Of a stretch of DNA of 64,000 nucleotides, positions 31,435 through 42,228 are shown piece by piece. The stretch is taken from NCBI GenBank assembly GCA_963752155.1, contig CAVVXH010000001.1, positions 32,001 to 96,000 on the forward strand. Reading direction: 5' to 3'. Position 1 is the stretch's first letter; each line of letters begins with the position of its first letter. Under the pieces are notes generated by a model, which made no database searches, had not been told where the DNA came from, and saw only the letters and a list, made by a program, of their open reading frames with translations. Both the position numbers and the translations under genes were made by a program. This DNA is from an uncultured Parachlamydiaceae bacterium (GTDB lineage Bacteria; Chlamydiota; Chlamydiia; Chlamydiales; Parachlamydiaceae).

Positions 31435-34400
31435 ATGAGCCAGCCAATGAATGCATATGAGAAAGAAAAATCAGAATTAAGTAAGCAAACGAAAGCAGTT
31501 TTGACGATTGGAGCCTTAGGGTGTTTTATCATTTGTGGGACCTGTTTTGGAGCTTCTAGCTTTTCTAATGATTCAGACACTTTCGCAACAAAAAACAATG
31601 GGTTTCTATCCAGTACATCCGAGAACTTTCTTGATGATGATGAAGACGATTACAGAATAAAGCAACTGAAAGAACACAATGCGAAGCAAGCAGCCAAAAT
31701 CCGGTTGTTAAAGCAAGAACTTATCGAAAAAACCCAAAACATTTATGAAGTGAAAAGCCAACTTTTTAAGCAATTGGGTGATCCTCGTGATAAAGAGAAA
31801 ATTGGTGAGCTCAATGAGGCATTAAGTCAAAAAGAAAAACATATTGAGTTATTGCGAAATGAAATTCAACAACGTGAAAGTCTCGTTGGTAAGATGCAAA
31901 AAGAAATTATTGAGGTGGAGAAATCTAAAGACCAGGAGCTTATAGCCTTACGCAATGAAATTGATCATTTAAAAGATTCTTCAAAAAATTTTTATCACGA
32001 TTACGAAAAGAAAAGTCGAGTCCTCGAGGCAACTCAGCTTCATTTAACAGAAGCCCTTGAAAATAAATCTCGAATCATCGAATCCTTAGAGCATGAACTC
32101 TCTGCCCACCAATCAACATTGGCCTCCAAAAATGAAGAGTTACAGCAAGCATTGCAAAATTTTGCTGAAAAAGAAGAGGAAAGCAAACGTTTGGTATTAG
32201 AGCTTATGACGGCCATCGAAGATGCAGATCATCTTGAAGAGACGTTAAAGGGTCTGGCACTAGATATTGGCTTGCTAGAAGATGCCTTAGTGGCCTCTCG
32301 AGAGCTTTTAGAAAGTAAAACTAAAGAATTGGCTTCGATTGAAGAAAGCAAATCTCAAGAGATAGCTCGGATTGAAGAAAGTTCATTCCAGGAGAAGCTC
32401 AGGTTTGAAGAAGTGGTCGCTCAAAAAGCTAAATTGGCTGAAGAGCTCATCCTGGAGAAACAAAATAATCTGGTGTTAAATAACGAATTCAATCAGTCCC
32501 AAATTGTATCAGAGCGTCGTTTAGAAGAAGAAAAGGATACACATAAGGCCCTCACAGCAGCCCTTCTAGAACAGCAAAGGCTGGCTATAGAGCTAGATGA
32601 AGCTCTTGAAGAAAAAGTTGCCAATGTAGAGCAGTTGAAAAATGACATCGTCGAAATGCAAGAGACGATTGATAAACATTTACTTGCCCTGGAACAATCT
32701 CAAGAAATTAAAAAAGAGCTAGAAGAGGCTTATAAAATTATTTTGGATAAAAACTCGGTCTTAGATGGCTACGAAAAGGAGATTTTGGCATTTCAAGATA
32801 AGATAGAAGAAGAGGCCAATCGAAGAAGAACCATTGAGCAAGCTCTTAAAGATAAGGAAGCACAGGGGATTGAACTTGCAGAGGCTATGTTAACTTTAAT
32901 TCATGATGCTGAGAATGATCAAAATAATGTTAAAGAAATGAAGGCGGTTTTAGCTGAAAATGCTTTAGCTATCGATGAATTCAAAAATCGAGTCGCATTA
33001 TTGGAAAAAGAATTAAAAGATGAAATGGAAAAAAATAAAATTTCTGCTTCAATTCTCGATGAAAAACAAGTCCATATTTTAGCTCTAGATGAAACGATCA
33101 AGGCCCAGACTATCGGTGCTGAAATTCATGTTAAATTATTAGAAGATGACATTGCTAAATTGCAAAACACGATTGATCAACATGTCATAGCATTGAACGA
33201 ATCTCAAAAGATTAAAAAAGACCTTGAAGAGGCTCATAAGATTATTTTAGAGAATTATTCAGCCTTGAATGCTTATGAAGAGGAAATTTTGACACTTCAT
33301 GATAAGATTGAGGGAGAAGCTAGTCTAAGAAGGGCCACAGAACAAGCTCTAAAGGAAAAGGCAGCAGAGGGTATTGAACTCGCAGAAGCGATGTTAGTTT
33401 TAATTCATGATGCAGAAAGTTATCAAAATAATGCTGAAGAAATGAAAAAAGTTTTGGCTGAAAATACTTCAACAATAGATGAATTTAAAAATCGAGTGAC
33501 TTTATTGGAAAGGGAGTTAAAAGTTGAGGGAGAAAAAAATAGAGTTTCTGTTTTAGTTCTCGAAGAGAAACAAATCCATATTCTAGCTTTAGATGAAACG
33601 ATCAAAGCTCAGGCTGCCGATGGTGAAGCTCATGTTAAACGATTGGAAAATGATATTGAAAAAATGCAAAAGACTATTGATGAGCATGTGGTAGCTCTAA
33701 ATGAATCCCAAAAATTCAAAAAAGAGCTTGAAGATGCCTATAAAACAATTTTGGATAAGAACTTGGCTTTAAATGCTTATGAGGAGGAAATTTTGGTCCT
33801 CCAAGACAAGATAGAAGCAGAGGCCTCTCAAAGAAGGGTTACCGAACAAGCTCTGAAGGATAAGGAAGCGAAAGGTATTGAACTTGCAGAAACGATGCTA
33901 GTCTTAATTCATGATGTAGATAGTTATCAAAATAATGCTGAAGAAATGAAAAAAGTTTTAGCTTCAAATACCTTAACAATAGACGAATTTAAAAATCGGG
34001 TAGAGTTATTAGAAAAAGAGTTAAAAGATGAAGGAGAAAAAAATAGAGTTTCTGCTTCTCTTCTCGAAGAGAGGCAAATCCATATTTTGGCTCTAGATGA
34101 GACGATAAAGTCCCAAGCTTTGGATGCTGATGTCCATGTTAAGCGATTGGAAAATGATGTTGCTAAAATGCAAAAGACGATTGATAAACACGTGATAGCT
34201 TTAAATGAATCGCAGAAATTTAAAAAAGAGCTTGAAGAAGCGCATAAGATCATTTTGGATAGCTATACCGTTATAAACTCTTACGAAGAGGAGGTTTTGG
34301 CATTTCAGAACAAAGTGGAAGAAGAGGTCGCTCGAAGAAGAACAGTAGAACAAGCGTTGAGCGACAAGGAAGCTCAGGGAGTGGAACTTGCAGAAGCCAT

Positions 34401-34818
34401 GTTAGTATTAATTCACGATGTTGAAGGTTATAAAACGGATGCATTTGAAGCGAAAAAAATGATGACTACGAATGCATTAGCCATGGATGAAATGAATCAG
34501 CGGATGGCGTTGTTAGAGAAGGAGCTCAAAGAAGAGCGAGAAAAGAATAGCATTATTGCGTTAGCTCTTACAGAGAAACAAAGACATGTTTTAGCTTTAG
34601 ATGAAGTGATCAATGCCCAAGCGGTGGACGCTGAGCGACTTGAAAGTGCTTTAGTTGAATCCAAGGAACTGATCGACCAACATTACAAAGTCTTGCAAGA
34701 ATCTAAGAATATTGAAAGAGAGTTAGAAAAGGCTCAGCTTGCTCTTTCTAGACATCAAGATTTTCTAATGGAGCAACAGCAGGTCATAGATAGCTATGAA
34801 TTGCGAAGGCGTAGGTAA
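31435..34818 (+). CDS. Large coiled-coil protein with N-terminal hydrophobic segment and ~168-aa internal repeats
   Basis: E/K/L-rich heptads; 504-bp periodic repeats from ~32640 to ~34650. Confidence 0.85.
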   Translation: MSQPMNAYEKEKSELSKQTKAVLTIGALGCFIICGTCFGASSFSNDSDTFATKNNGFLSSTSENFLDDDEDDYRIKQLKEHNAKQAAKIRLLKQELIEKTQNIYEVKSQLFKQLGDPRDKEKIGELNEALSQKEKHIELLRNEIQQRESLVGKMQKEIIEVEKSKDQELIALRNEIDHLKDSSKNFYHDYEKKSRVLEATQLHLTEALENKSRIIESLEHELSAHQSTLASKNEELQQALQNFAEKEEESKRLVLELMTAIEDADHLEETLKGLALDIGLLEDALVASRELLESKTKELASIEESKSQEIARIEESSFQEKLRFEEVVAQKAKLAEELILEKQNNLVLNNEFNQSQIVSERRLEEEKDTHKALTAALLEQQRLAIELDEALEEKVANVEQLKNDIVEMQETIDKHLLALEQSQEIKKELEEAYKIILDKNSVLDGYEKEILAFQDKIEEEANRRRTIEQALKDKEAQGIELAEAMLTLIHDAENDQNNVKEMKAVLAENALAIDEFKNRVALLEKELKDEMEKNKISASILDEKQVHILALDETIKAQTIGAEIHVKLLEDDIAKLQNTIDQHVIALNESQKIKKDLEEAHKIILENYSALNAYEEEILTLHDKIEGEASLRRATEQALKEKAAEGIELAEAMLVLIHDAESYQNNAEEMKKVLAENTSTIDEFKNRVTLLERELKVEGEKNRVSVLVLEEKQIHILALDETIKAQAADGEAHVKRLENDIEKMQKTIDEHVVALNESQKFKKELEDAYKTILDKNLALNAYEEEILVLQDKIEAEASQRRVTEQALKDKEAKGIELAETMLVLIHDVDSYQNNAEEMKKVLASNTLTIDEFKNRVELLEKELKDEGEKNRVSASLLEERQIHILALDETIKSQALDADVHVKRLENDVAKMQKTIDKHVIALNESQKFKKELEEAHKIILDSYTVINSYEEEVLAFQNKVEEEVARRRTVEQALSDKEAQGVELAEAMLVLIHDVEGYKTDAFEAKKMMTTNALAMDEMNQRMALLEKELKEEREKNSIIALALTEKQRHVLALDEVINAQAVDAERLESALVESKELIDQHYKVLQESKNIERELEKAQLALSRHQDFLMEQQQVIDSYELRRRR

Positions 34819-34832
34819 TAGGAGAATAGTAC

Positions 34833-35345
34833 ATGAAAGAACTTAATGGGCAAGTTTATCTTGAACCCCCTGTCGATTTTAAAGAAAGTTTCGAAGTTGC
34901 AACATGTTATGTGCGTTCAGGTAATGAATTATTATTTCTTCGACGTCGTCAAAACAAGCCTCAAGGTAATATGTGGGGGATTCCTGGAGGAAAATGTGAT
35001 GGGAATGATATCGAATTAGAAATGATTCGTGAGGTCTATGAAGAAACAGGAATTGATTTAAATAATCATCAAATCCATGCTCTAGGTACCGTTTATATTC
35101 GTTATCCGGAAATAGACTTTGTTTATCATATGTTTGGAGTTTTTTTAGAGAGAGAGCGACCTCAGATAATCATCAATCAAAGCGAACATGTTGAGTATGC
35201 ATGGTGGTCATTAAAAGAGGGTCTTGCTCATCCACTCATTCTTTTTGAGGATGCTTGCACTTTTCTTGTGTGGAGTGATCCTTTTTTTGATGGTTGTAAA
35301 AAACCATCATTGAATGCTCCCATTCCGAAAGCTTCTTTGGCGTAG
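34833..35345 (+). CDS. NUDIX hydrolase
   Basis: WGIPGGK..REVYEETG Nudix box. Confidence 0.9.
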   Translation: MKELNGQVYLEPPVDFKESFEVATCYVRSGNELLFLRRRQNKPQGNMWGIPGGKCDGNDIELEMIREVYEETGIDLNNHQIHALGTVYIRYPEIDFVYHMFGVFLERERPQIIINQSEHVEYAWWSLKEGLAHPLILFEDACTFLVWSDPFFDGCKKPSLNAPIPKASLA

Positions 35346-35434
35346 CCTAATCAGTTATTTTTTGAGTACGCTACGATTTTAAGACCTTTTGTCTATTTCT
35401 ACAGTTCATATATGAGCTACAAATATATGTGACT

Positions 35435-35738
35435 TCTAATTAAGTACGCATCTTTGATCATAACATCCAAAAAATTTTTGGAGTGCGCGTGGCTTTGCTA
35501 CCGCAGAACGCAGCCTCTATACGAGTCATGCCGGTAGACGTTGCCTCCATTAACTCATACTATCGTTGTTACAATTTGAATTCTCCATTGTTGTGGCGGT
35601 TTAGAAAACTTTCTTGAGTTCTATCGAGGCTACGTCTGCCGGCATGACTCGTATAGAGGCTGCGTTCTGCAGTGGCAAAGCCACGCGCACTCCAAAAATT
35701 TTTTGGATGTTATGATCAAAGGTGCATACTTAATTAGA
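35435..35738. repeat. Long palindrome containing family A REP motif (113-bp arms)
   Basis: Arms 35435-35547 and 35626-35738 differ at ~6 positions; contain TTGGAGTGCGCGTGGCTTTGC(T/C)AC(C/T)GC. Confidence 0.9.
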
Positions 35739-35862
35739 TTTTTCAAAATTACAACTAAATGTCATAAGATTAAAACTTTATTTACTAGTTATTAGTTTAG
35801 TAAATAAATTAACGCGTGTTATAATTAAGTAAGGATTGATTATTAATATTTAATAAAAGGAG

Positions 35863-36585
35863 GTGAAAATGTCTAATTTAGGTGTAAATGAAAATATGTT
35901 CCCTCGAAATCATCCAACTGATCAGGCTATAAAGAAACTTGATACTAAAAAAGGTGGCAAGTTGAAGGAAGTAGCCATTAATGCAATGCCCCCATATCCT
36001 CCACCTAATTCTTTGACTGAAATGAAATCATCAAGATTTTCTGTACCTGTTTCAAAATTAAAAACAGAAATTTCTCATGCAATTTCAACCATTGATTTTA
36101 ATAAAGGAATATCTGCATCTGAAATAAAATCTTTAGTAGGTAATGTTAATTATGCAACTTATGAAGAATTGACCGCACTGAATGATATTTTGCAAGCTGG
36201 CCCTGGCTATGCTACAGAAATGTTTAAAGGGGCTCATTTTTATATCGATGATGATGGCGCCTTATATGAAAAATGGAAAAACTTAGGGGCTATAGAGAGA
36301 ATTTCATCTCATCATAAAGATTCAAATGACTTGCAATATGAAATTGTTGGACCCTTGTCTCATGCGATCCTATTTGGCAAAACTAAAGATGGGCAGACTT
36401 GGGTTCAATTGGAAAACACACCACTTTCAGCGGAAACCGTTAACGGAAAAATTTCAAATATAGTAGGACATACATTTGATTTTATTGAACATCGGTTGTC
36501 AAATGTAAATGTGGGCCCTTATGGAACTTCCATGCATAAGGACACAAATCCAGTTAAATTGAAACCAAAAGGGGACGAAGAATAA
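35863..36585 (+). CDS. Hypothetical protein
   Basis: 240 aa ORF with strong AGGAGG RBS. Confidence 0.7.
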   Translation: MKMSNLGVNENMFPRNHPTDQAIKKLDTKKGGKLKEVAINAMPPYPPPNSLTEMKSSRFSVPVSKLKTEISHAISTIDFNKGISASEIKSLVGNVNYATYEELTALNDILQAGPGYATEMFKGAHFYIDDDGALYEKWKNLGAIERISSHHKDSNDLQYEIVGPLSHAILFGKTKDGQTWVQLENTPLSAETVNGKISNIVGHTFDFIEHRLSNVNVGPYGTSMHKDTNPVKLKPKGDEE

Positions 36586-36645
36586 CTACTACTTTTCTTG
36601 TGTGGAATGATCTTACATTTCGGTTCAGGATCGCCTGTTACTTTC

Positions 36646-36708
36646 CAGCAATTCCCGCTAAACTTTCGTGCGTGCGTGCCCCGTGCCCGAAAATTAGCGG
36701 GAGTTTCT
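36646..36708. mobile_element. MITE family C copy (right end degenerate)
   Basis: CAGCAATTCCCGCTAAACTTTCGTGC..CCGAAAATTAGCGGGAG. Confidence 0.75.
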
Positions 36709-36789
36709 TTTACGCTGGATATAATAGCATATTCAGCGTAAACTCATAAAAAAGAGGCATTCACGCTATATATAAGGTCTAAGTTAAAA

Positions 36790-38253
36790 ATGATCAATAA
36801 AATCATCGGTAGGCAAAGAGAGAAAATTCGGCTAAACTCTATCTTGGAAGGCTCTGAAGCTGCATTTTTAGCTGTCTATGGACGTCGTCGCATAGGTAAG
36901 ACCTACTTGATAGAAAATTTTTTTAAGGATAAAGGAGTCTTTTTCCATTTAACTGGTATTCAGGAAGGATCGTTAGATGTACAGCTACACAATTTTGCAA
37001 TGGAATTTTCTGACTGTTTCCTTAAAGGCAAGGAAATTGTAACACCTGTCGATTGGTTTTCAGCGCTAAAACTTTTGCGAACAGAAATTTCAAAAATTCC
37101 AACTTCCACAAAGATTATCTTGTTTTTTGACGAACTTCCGTGGCTTTCATCTCCCCGTTCGATGTTCTTACAGGCTTTAGAACACTTGTGGAATCGATAT
37201 CTTTCCAGTATGCCGAATATTATTTTGATTGTTTGTGGATCTGCTGCGGCGTGGATGATCGATCACATTATTGATAATAAAGGAGGGCTATATGGTCGAG
37301 TTACTGCTGAAATGAGATTATTGCCGTTTAGCCTGCGTGAAACTGAAGAATTTTTATTAAATAAAAAAATAGAGTTCGATCGAAAACAAATTCTTGAGCT
37401 TTATATGTGTGTAGGAGGTGTTGCAAAGTACCTTTCTTATGTTGAAAGAGGGAAATCTGTAGTACAAATGATCGGCGAGCTTTGTTTTTCCTATAACGCC
37501 CCTTTAATCGCAGAATTCCACCGTCTTTATCGTTCTTTATTTCATAATCACGAAGAATACATAAAAATTATTACGTTACTAGCCAAATCTCAGACTGGAC
37601 TTTCTTATCAAGAGATTACTGAAAAAGGAAAATTTTCTGCCGGAGGGACCTTAAGTAAGCGAATTCAAGAATTAAAACTTTCGGGATTTATTGCCGAAAT
37701 TCCAGCCTTTGGAGAAGGTGAAAAAGGTTATTGCTATGTACTCATTGATGAATATTCTCTTTTTTATTTACGATGGCATGCTGGTGTCTCGGCCTTAGAT
37801 TTGCAAAACCGAGGAGTTAATTATTGGGTGAAACAACGGAATACGCAAGCATGGAAATCATGGATGGGATATGCTTTCGAGTCGCTTTGTTTGAAACATA
37901 TTCATGAAATAAAAGTGGATTTAGGAATTGCTGGTGTGTTGACTGAAGCTTCAACGTGGCGATATTTTCCGGCAAAAGGATCGGGAGAATCGGGAGCTGA
38001 AATTGACATTGTTATCGATCGAGCGGATTCTTGTATCAATTTATGTGAATTGAAATTTTATGATGACAAATTTGTAATCACTAAAGAATATGCAACAAAA
38101 CTAAAGCAAAAGAGAAGTTGTTTTGAAAGGATCACTGAAACAAGAAAAGCAACATTCACTACTTTGATTACACCTTACGGAGCCGTCCATAATACTCATT
38201 TTTTACAAGTTATTGACAAGGAACTTACAATGGATAGTTTATTTAGTCTGTAA
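36790..38253 (+). CDS. AAA/archaeal-type ATPase with wHTH and C-terminal PD-(D/E)XK-like domain
   Basis: IIGR..YGRRRIGKT Walker A, FFDELPW Walker B, C-terminal EIDIVIDRAD..NLCELKF. Confidence 0.85.
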   Translation: MINKIIGRQREKIRLNSILEGSEAAFLAVYGRRRIGKTYLIENFFKDKGVFFHLTGIQEGSLDVQLHNFAMEFSDCFLKGKEIVTPVDWFSALKLLRTEISKIPTSTKIILFFDELPWLSSPRSMFLQALEHLWNRYLSSMPNIILIVCGSAAAWMIDHIIDNKGGLYGRVTAEMRLLPFSLRETEEFLLNKKIEFDRKQILELYMCVGGVAKYLSYVERGKSVVQMIGELCFSYNAPLIAEFHRLYRSLFHNHEEYIKIITLLAKSQTGLSYQEITEKGKFSAGGTLSKRIQELKLSGFIAEIPAFGEGEKGYCYVLIDEYSLFYLRWHAGVSALDLQNRGVNYWVKQRNTQAWKSWMGYAFESLCLKHIHEIKVDLGIAGVLTEASTWRYFPAKGSGESGAEIDIVIDRADSCINLCELKFYDDKFVITKEYATKLKQKRSCFERITETRKATFTTLITPYGAVHNTHFLQVIDKELTMDSLFSL

Positions 38254-38286
38254 TTCAGATTTCAACAAATCCTGCGTTGGCCCCCA

Positions 38287-41200
38287 TCAAGATTCAATCA
38301 ATAACCCAGCCAGATAAAAGGCAAAAGCAGTTCTATGTTGTTGCTCTGCGAGGAGTGTGGCGATGCTTGCTTTCAGCAACGCTTCTTGTTTGTCGAGCGG
38401 TAGATTCTTGGTCTCGGGTCCAAGGAGGCGATTGAGAGTCTTTTGTTCTTTCTTGGTGAAAAAGCCCCCTTCACGAAATTTGAGAAGCAAATCGACCCTT
38501 TGGTGCATTTGCACAAGGGTTTGTGTGAATGGAGTCTTATTGGGATAGGGGTATCGGGGATCTCCAACAAAGAGAGGTAGGTAGGGCTCTATCAATTCAA
38601 AAGCTATTTTATTGCCCAGCTTTTCTTTGAGGATAGGAAGGATTTTATCTACGCGATGTGTATGGAGCAGTGGCCTACTTGTGTTTTCCCCCTTTGTGTC
38701 TAAGAAGAGAGGGTGAGGATTTGCATGGAATTTAGCTAGGGCTGCTTGCATGCTTAAGGAGAGGATGCTAACTTGAATTTCTGCAAAGCGTGTGGATGCA
38801 CAGAGGGGGATTGATTGAAGGCTTGCATCGTTTATCAAAAGTTCATAGAGGGTACATACCCGATCAAGTGCTTCCTTTTGATTCCTAATAAAAAGAATAC
38901 ATTCGGGATCAAAATTTCCTGATTGGATGAATGCATGAAGATTGGCCTTAAAAGTGTTTAAATCGTTTTCAAAAAGAGGAAGGAGTGGTAAGGTTTGTTT
39001 TCTTTTATATTTGTGTAGTTGATGAAGTGTAAGAACGTAGTCCGCAGTGTTTAATGTGAAAGGGACTTCCGTTGTGGGTAATTTAGATAAATTGAGCCAT
39101 ATTTCTTGGCACACATTTTTCACATTTTCAATTCCTGGCACGCAAGTGGGTCCTTCCTGAAACCAAAAAGCTTTTGTCAGTTGGGTTTTCTGATGAGGAA
39201 TCGATGCTTGAATCGGTTCAAACCCATTGAAGTGAGCTGCCGAGAGATAACTTAGAAATGTCTCACCATTGTGCTGATAGAGAAGAGGGCGATTGTTTGT
39301 ATAAAGGGAAGCGATGTGATGATTTGGGACTTCTTTAGCTCCGATAGGTAAGGTGCAGAGGACAATTTTTTGCGTTGCTTCTAAAAGAAGAAGGGCATCA
39401 GCTTCAGCGCGCACTGCCAGCAGTTTAGCAAGTGGAATCTTCTGTTTTTCTTCTAAGGCTGTTAGGCGGTAGGAAAGATTGCGTAGAGCCTCTTCTCGTT
39501 TAATCGCACGAAAACAATAAGAGTCTTCCGGTTTCTCTTCGGGGGAAAGGAGGAGGGGCTGCTGCAATTTCAGCTGATCGATTAGATAAGTATAGAAGGG
39601 GTAGGACGCATCGAGAACCGGGGGCATTTCAAGAGTGGGTGGTGTGGTTTCGAGAAGTTCCATTTCTACAACTTCAGGATTTGGAGCCTCATTTGGCTCT
39701 TGTTCGATCATTGTCTTTAGAGGTCTAATTGGAGCATCGAAATCTAATTTACCAAGTTCAAAAAATGTCCTACTAAAAAATTCATAACAAGATCTCAATT
39801 GTATAATATTGTTAATTGCTTTTTTTGTTTTCTTTAAATTCATTTTTTTAACAACTAAGTAAAGAATATTAATTGTATTGTTATATTTTGTCCCCATTTC
39901 ATGCTTCATAAGTGCCATCGATTCTTTATTCCAACAGTGCAATTGATAACTTAATTCAGCTGGTGTTGCTGATCTCTGAATCCCGTTGGCATATTTTTCA
40001 AGTAACTGCAAAGTTGCTTTCATCTCATATTGAAATACTTTAACACATTTGCGGCTCAATTTGATAAAAAAACGATTATTTTGATTAGAATTGCTAATCA
40101 TTTTTGATAATTCATCATCAATAATAGAGAATTCGTTATCAAAATTTCCAAATAGGGATAATGCCATAGCATTCTTGTGAAATGCCTGAATTAAGGGCAA
40201 GTGAAGTGGTTCGATCTTATGTTGATGATTAATAGGGGTGAGTAGGAACAAGAAATGATAAGGACGTAGAAGGTTTGTTGGGTGATTTAAAAATTCCAAT
40301 AAAGTATGAATAGTTTCGACGGAGTGTGCTTCACGGATAAAAGGTTGTAGGGTTTTACAGAACAACTCTAAAATTCTAAGGAAGTTTGCTGTAGTTAAGA
40401 CCTCACCATAGTTTTGTTGGAACACCACGCTAGGATCTTCTAAGGCAAATTGAATTTGCATTAACTGAGAAAGTGGATAGAGGCATCCCCAGAAGTTTTC
40501 TTTATTTCCTATAGATAAAGGAATTAAAAATTTGAAAATCTGGTGGAACAAAAGGTCAAATGCATTGAAGGCAGAGCATGGATAAGGATCGTTCGCTAAA
40601 AGTTTTTGTACTAAAACGTCATATTTTTGTTGCAGAGAACTTAAAAGGTCTAAAAATTTTGCAATTTGAACTGCAGTAAATTTTGGCATGCGGCCAGGAT
40701 CACAAAGAAATGCATTAGCATAGCTCAAATAATCATCACAGTTAATACAAGTGAGGATTGTATTTAAAGTCGAATGGAGACTCTTTTTCGTCGATTTTTT
40801 AAGTTCTCTTATGAGTCCCTCTGTAGAGAAACGGGCTTTATCGACCTGTTTCTGAAACTGATGAAATAAAGGATCTAAATTAATGTTCCAGGGTGTAATG
40901 ATTTTCATAATGAGTGGGTGCATTTCTTGATAAACAGCGGTAGGAAATTGGTCCGTTGTTTCTAGACTTTCAAAAAGAGCTTTTAAATGGTCATTATCTT
41001 TCTTGTTTGTTTTCGCAGTAAGAATGATTTTTTCTAGTTGAACCGCAATTTCGCAGGATTTTATAAGGGTGATAAATTGATTCAATTGCTCAATCAGAGA
41101 ATTAGAATGAGGAATGTTTTTTAGTTTCCCTATAGCTTCTTTTAAGGGGATTTCATAGGTTTGTTGAGTGGCTGTTCGATAAATCGTGAGCGCATTTAGT

Positions 41201-41895
41201 GCGGCATCTAAGCTTGTCAAGTAAAACTCAAAGTAAGGAGCCTTTGGGGAGGGCAATTCATTCGGCAAACCGGCAGCAAGGGATTGCAAATTCTGTTCTA
41301 GAAATTCGGGATTATTGCAGAGAAGCTTAAGGATATCTAAATGCTGCTTGAGTTGTGTACATTTTGCACCGTCCCCATATTCTACCACACAAATGGAATG
41401 AATCATCTCATATAGACCGAACACAATTTCCAAGCGCTCTTTAACGCTAGCTAAACGTTCTGGAAATGTTTCCTTATCTCTGATTCCATTTGAAAACATT
41501 CTGTAGCGCCTAAGATCCGAAAAAATGAGATGTAATTGAAAAGAGAGCTCATTTATAACTTCTTTCCCTTGACACGCTGTCGATTTTTTTTTCTTCTCTA
41601 AATTTAGCAAGCCTGCTTTACAGGTAGTGATACGCCGATCGTTTGCCAGTTCTTTAAGAGTCCTGCTTAAGTCAACAAATTGTATATTTAATAAAGAAAG
41701 GTAAGGAACAATGATTTCCTTTTGCATCTTTTTTAATTCTTGAGTCGCTTTGAGAAGTGCGGGATTGTTGGTTGTTTTTGGTTGATCCGTGACAGTCGGT
41801 GTGGCTTCAGCTGGAGCAGGTTCTGTAGGTGTGAGCTCCCTTTGCTCTGGGATATAAGGTGTATAGAGATTAGAATATGAAGAAATTGGTTCCAT
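38287..41895 (-). CDS. Large hypothetical protein (candidate secreted effector)
   Basis: 1202 aa ORF, S/T/P-rich N-terminus, no recognised domain. Confidence 0.75.
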   Translation of the reverse strand: MEPISSYSNLYTPYIPEQRELTPTEPAPAEATPTVTDQPKTTNNPALLKATQELKKMQKEIIVPYLSLLNIQFVDLSRTLKELANDRRITTCKAGLLNLEKKKKSTACQGKEVINELSFQLHLIFSDLRRYRMFSNGIRDKETFPERLASVKERLEIVFGLYEMIHSICVVEYGDGAKCTQLKQHLDILKLLCNNPEFLEQNLQSLAAGLPNELPSPKAPYFEFYLTSLDAALNALTIYRTATQQTYEIPLKEAIGKLKNIPHSNSLIEQLNQFITLIKSCEIAVQLEKIILTAKTNKKDNDHLKALFESLETTDQFPTAVYQEMHPLIMKIITPWNINLDPLFHQFQKQVDKARFSTEGLIRELKKSTKKSLHSTLNTILTCINCDDYLSYANAFLCDPGRMPKFTAVQIAKFLDLLSSLQQKYDVLVQKLLANDPYPCSAFNAFDLLFHQIFKFLIPLSIGNKENFWGCLYPLSQLMQIQFALEDPSVVFQQNYGEVLTTANFLRILELFCKTLQPFIREAHSVETIHTLLEFLNHPTNLLRPYHFLFLLTPINHQHKIEPLHLPLIQAFHKNAMALSLFGNFDNEFSIIDDELSKMISNSNQNNRFFIKLSRKCVKVFQYEMKATLQLLEKYANGIQRSATPAELSYQLHCWNKESMALMKHEMGTKYNNTINILYLVVKKMNLKKTKKAINNIIQLRSCYEFFSRTFFELGKLDFDAPIRPLKTMIEQEPNEAPNPEVVEMELLETTPPTLEMPPVLDASYPFYTYLIDQLKLQQPLLLSPEEKPEDSYCFRAIKREEALRNLSYRLTALEEKQKIPLAKLLAVRAEADALLLLEATQKIVLCTLPIGAKEVPNHHIASLYTNNRPLLYQHNGETFLSYLSAAHFNGFEPIQASIPHQKTQLTKAFWFQEGPTCVPGIENVKNVCQEIWLNLSKLPTTEVPFTLNTADYVLTLHQLHKYKRKQTLPLLPLFENDLNTFKANLHAFIQSGNFDPECILFIRNQKEALDRVCTLYELLINDASLQSIPLCASTRFAEIQVSILSLSMQAALAKFHANPHPLFLDTKGENTSRPLLHTHRVDKILPILKEKLGNKIAFELIEPYLPLFVGDPRYPYPNKTPFTQTLVQMHQRVDLLLKFREGGFFTKKEQKTLNRLLGPETKNLPLDKQEALLKASIATLLAEQQHRTAFAFYLAGLLIES

Positions 41896-42079
41896 TTATT
41901 ACTCTTATGTTAAATGTAAATCTACATACTAATTTAAACTAAATAAAAATGCAATAAAAATGTAATTAGGAAATTTCAACGCAAAGCAAGACAGTTGCCT
42001 GTGGCGCCCCCTATTGGGAAATAACCAGTTGTTTGGGAGGTGAGAAAGATGCTGCGATATTAAGATATGAAGTATAGGA

Positions 42080-42228
42080 AAAAATTAAACGCAAAGGCAC
42101 GAAGGCGCAAAGAGCACAAAGAGATCTTACGCGAAGAATTTTCATTTTTAAAAAAATAGGTGAATTTTATTTTACATGTAAGATCTCTTTGTGCTCTTTG
42201 CGCCTTCGTGCCTTTGCGTTTAATTTTT
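42080..42228. repeat. Perfect 51-bp inverted repeat built from 9-bp units (AAGGCACGA/AAGGCGCAA/AGAGCACAA)
   Basis: Arms 42080-42130 and 42178-42228 are exact reverse complements. Confidence 0.9.

Noticed and set aside
32919..34253. Repeated minus-strand ORFs
   Set aside because: Antisense shadows of the 504-bp coiled-coil repeats.
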